Positions 62,636-64,000 of a DNA stretch of 64,000 nt are shown one piece after another. The stretch covers positions 3,680,001 through 3,744,000 of the forward strand of contig OX638351.1 of assembly GCA_951813565.1 (NCBI GenBank), in the 5' to 3' direction. The stretch's first letter is position 1. The number at the start of each line of letters is the position of its first letter. The notes beneath the pieces are model-generated. The model was not told the origin of the DNA. It saw nothing but the letters and a program-made list of their open reading frames with translations, and did not search any database. Made by a program: the position numbers and the translations under genes. This DNA is from an uncultured Poribacteria bacterium. Its GTDB lineage: Bacteria > Poribacteria > WGA-4E > WGA-3G.

Positions 62636-63393
62636 TCGTGATTGTTCTCATTTTCTTCAATAGGTAGTTTCAAATGTGTCCGAACTGCTTGGCGCACTTC
62701 TCCACAGATCTGCATCGCATGCTCAGCATCTTCAGCAGTCGGCAATTGTCCTAAGTAACGTGTATCCACAGCATGTTTTGATAATTCTGCAAGATCAGCT
62801 TTCCAAGAATTCCAAGAAGGTTGTGAGGGTAGAATCAGACCCAATAATTCTACTAAATTGTGTGTCCTTGAAGCAGGGATATTCGCCTCTTGAAGCCATG
62901 CTTTTAGATATTTTTCTGCACATTGCTGAGCATGAAAGCAGATAATACGATATATCGGATTCGGACCTTGCTGAATTTGCTTTGCAGCATCGTAATCGCC
63001 TTCAGCTATTTCTACCCATTCCAAAGTTATTGGATTCAATTCAGTATTCTCTTTTTTAAGAGGTTTAACATAAAAATCTTCAGATTCATATAGCACTTCC
63101 CCTTTTTCAGTGACTTCGCGGAGAAACCAATCGTTGTGTGAAATGCGATAAGCGATCTCTTCTGGTGAACGTACGAGAAGGTCCATGCTGAATCGGCGCG
63201 GAATCCGTTCCCGAATCTCTGATGCTTGGCGGCGCGCTTCCGATTTCTCTACCGGCATCACGACTAACAGATCTACATCAGAATATTCCGAAGGCGTGCC
63301 ATACGCATAGGAACCAAAAAGAATAACTTGCAGCGGCGCAAACTCACGCACGATGTCATCACATGTGGCTTGAATGTCTTTGCGGCTAACCAT
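62632..63393 (-). CDS. Fused minimal nucleotidyltransferase (MNT) plus HEPN domain protein
   Basis: LFGSYAYG....SDVDLLV; FHAQQCAEKYLKA, RTHNL, TRY. Confidence 0.9.
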   Translation of the reverse strand: MVSRKDIQATCDDIVREFAPLQVILFGSYAYGTPSEYSDVDLLVVMPVEKSEARRQASEIRERIPRRFSMDLLVRSPEEIAYRISHNDWFLREVTEKGEVLYESEDFYVKPLKKENTELNPITLEWVEIAEGDYDAAKQIQQGPNPIYRIICFHAQQCAEKYLKAWLQEANIPASRTHNLVELLGLILPSQPSWNSWKADLAELSKHAVDTRYLGQLPTAEDAEHAMQICGEVRQAVRTHLKLPIEENENNHE

Positions 63394-63428
63394 CTATTTG
63401 CCTCTGCTTGCAATGAATTTATTAGGTT

Positions 63429-63771
63429 TACAGTAAAATCTAAAAACACCTGGACATTTTCTTAAGGTTAGCGGCGTTTAATGTGAATGCCATACGGGGA
63501 ATGCCAAAAGGCATTCATACCCGGTGAATGACTAAAGACGAATGTGCTTGGTAGAATACGCTTTTGGTATTCTACATGATTCGCCATGATTCATACCGTT
63601 GATTTCTTGATTTGGCGCATTCACCAAGCGCAATTCATTGCCAAATCAACGCCAAGCGCACTTGGGCGAATACGCGTATGGTATTCGCCATGACTTGTCG
63701 CCTCGGACATTTATGGTGTGTTTGAAATCCGCATAAGAACAGAATGTCCAAATAATTATGGGTTTCACTAT
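63429..63771. repeat. IS630-type MITE shell filled with nested hairpins; inner ~130 bp is an inverted copy of about 26063-26195
   Basis: tacagtaaaatc...gggtttcactata termini; direct reverse-complement match. Confidence 0.75.
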
Positions 63772-63787
63772 AATACCCCAACATCGG

Positions 63788-64000
63788 CTATACATGTGGC
63801 GCTTTTTCAGGATTTGCCAACTGATTAATATACGCTTCTTGGTAGGTTCCCCAATTTTCAGTGGGTGGAATATCAAAAAGACCAGAGGTCCAAACTTGGG
63901 GCTTCTTTTGAATCCGCATCAACATATCGCGAGCATTGAGGCAACGGCAATAATCATGAAGGTTTTCAATAGTAATGTTTTTATCAAGAAATTTTTGTAG
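63788..64000 (-). CDS. C-terminal part of a hypothetical protein running off the window
   Basis: Open frame from 64000: ...PQVWTSGLFDIPPTENWGTYQEAYINQLANPEKAPHV*; not in the ORF track. Confidence 0.6.
   Translation of the reverse strand, partial: LQKFLDKNITIENLHDYCRCLNARDMLMRIQKKPQVWTSGLFDIPPTENWGTYQEAYINQLANPEKAPHV

Noticed and set aside
63646..64000. Track ORFs 63646-63876 (-) and 63758-64000 (+)
   Set aside because: Both overlap repeat DNA; a different minus frame ending at 63788 looks more protein-like

Overview
Bacterial chromosomal window, AT-rich, with about 50 CDS and no rRNA, tRNA or CRISPR array. The protein content (large WD40 proteins with a W-x-LP-x-G-x(2)-AR-(L/I)-GKG N-terminus, dockerin-type repeats, an S8 protease with FG-GAP repeats and a YPNP tail, a PhyH remnant, an MNT-HEPN fusion) resembles Candidatus Poribacteria; this is an inference, not a search result. 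Housekeeping genes include PurS-like, bioD, GlmU-like, larA, minCDE, lpxI, ferredoxin, mtnA, acetolactate synthase, dppA-like and uvrA. There is one IS1634-family and one IS630-family element and several pseudogenes. Three things stand out. (1) Most intergenic regions are nested stacks of small mobile DNA: TIR-bounded MITE shells with TA, TWA, 5-6 bp or 18-19 bp target duplications, GTAG/GTGG REP-like palindromes, and ~35-nt AATCAAC-anchored hairpins that covary, insert without a duplication and insert into each other, with filled and empty alleles both visible. (2) A duplicated two-gene cassette (membrane-anchored protein plus a variable secreted protein) next to an Xre regulator, with perfect tandem sigma70 promoters, repeated operator-like motifs and a structured leader. 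(3) A cold-shock-domain protein fused to two Hfq/Sm-like domains.
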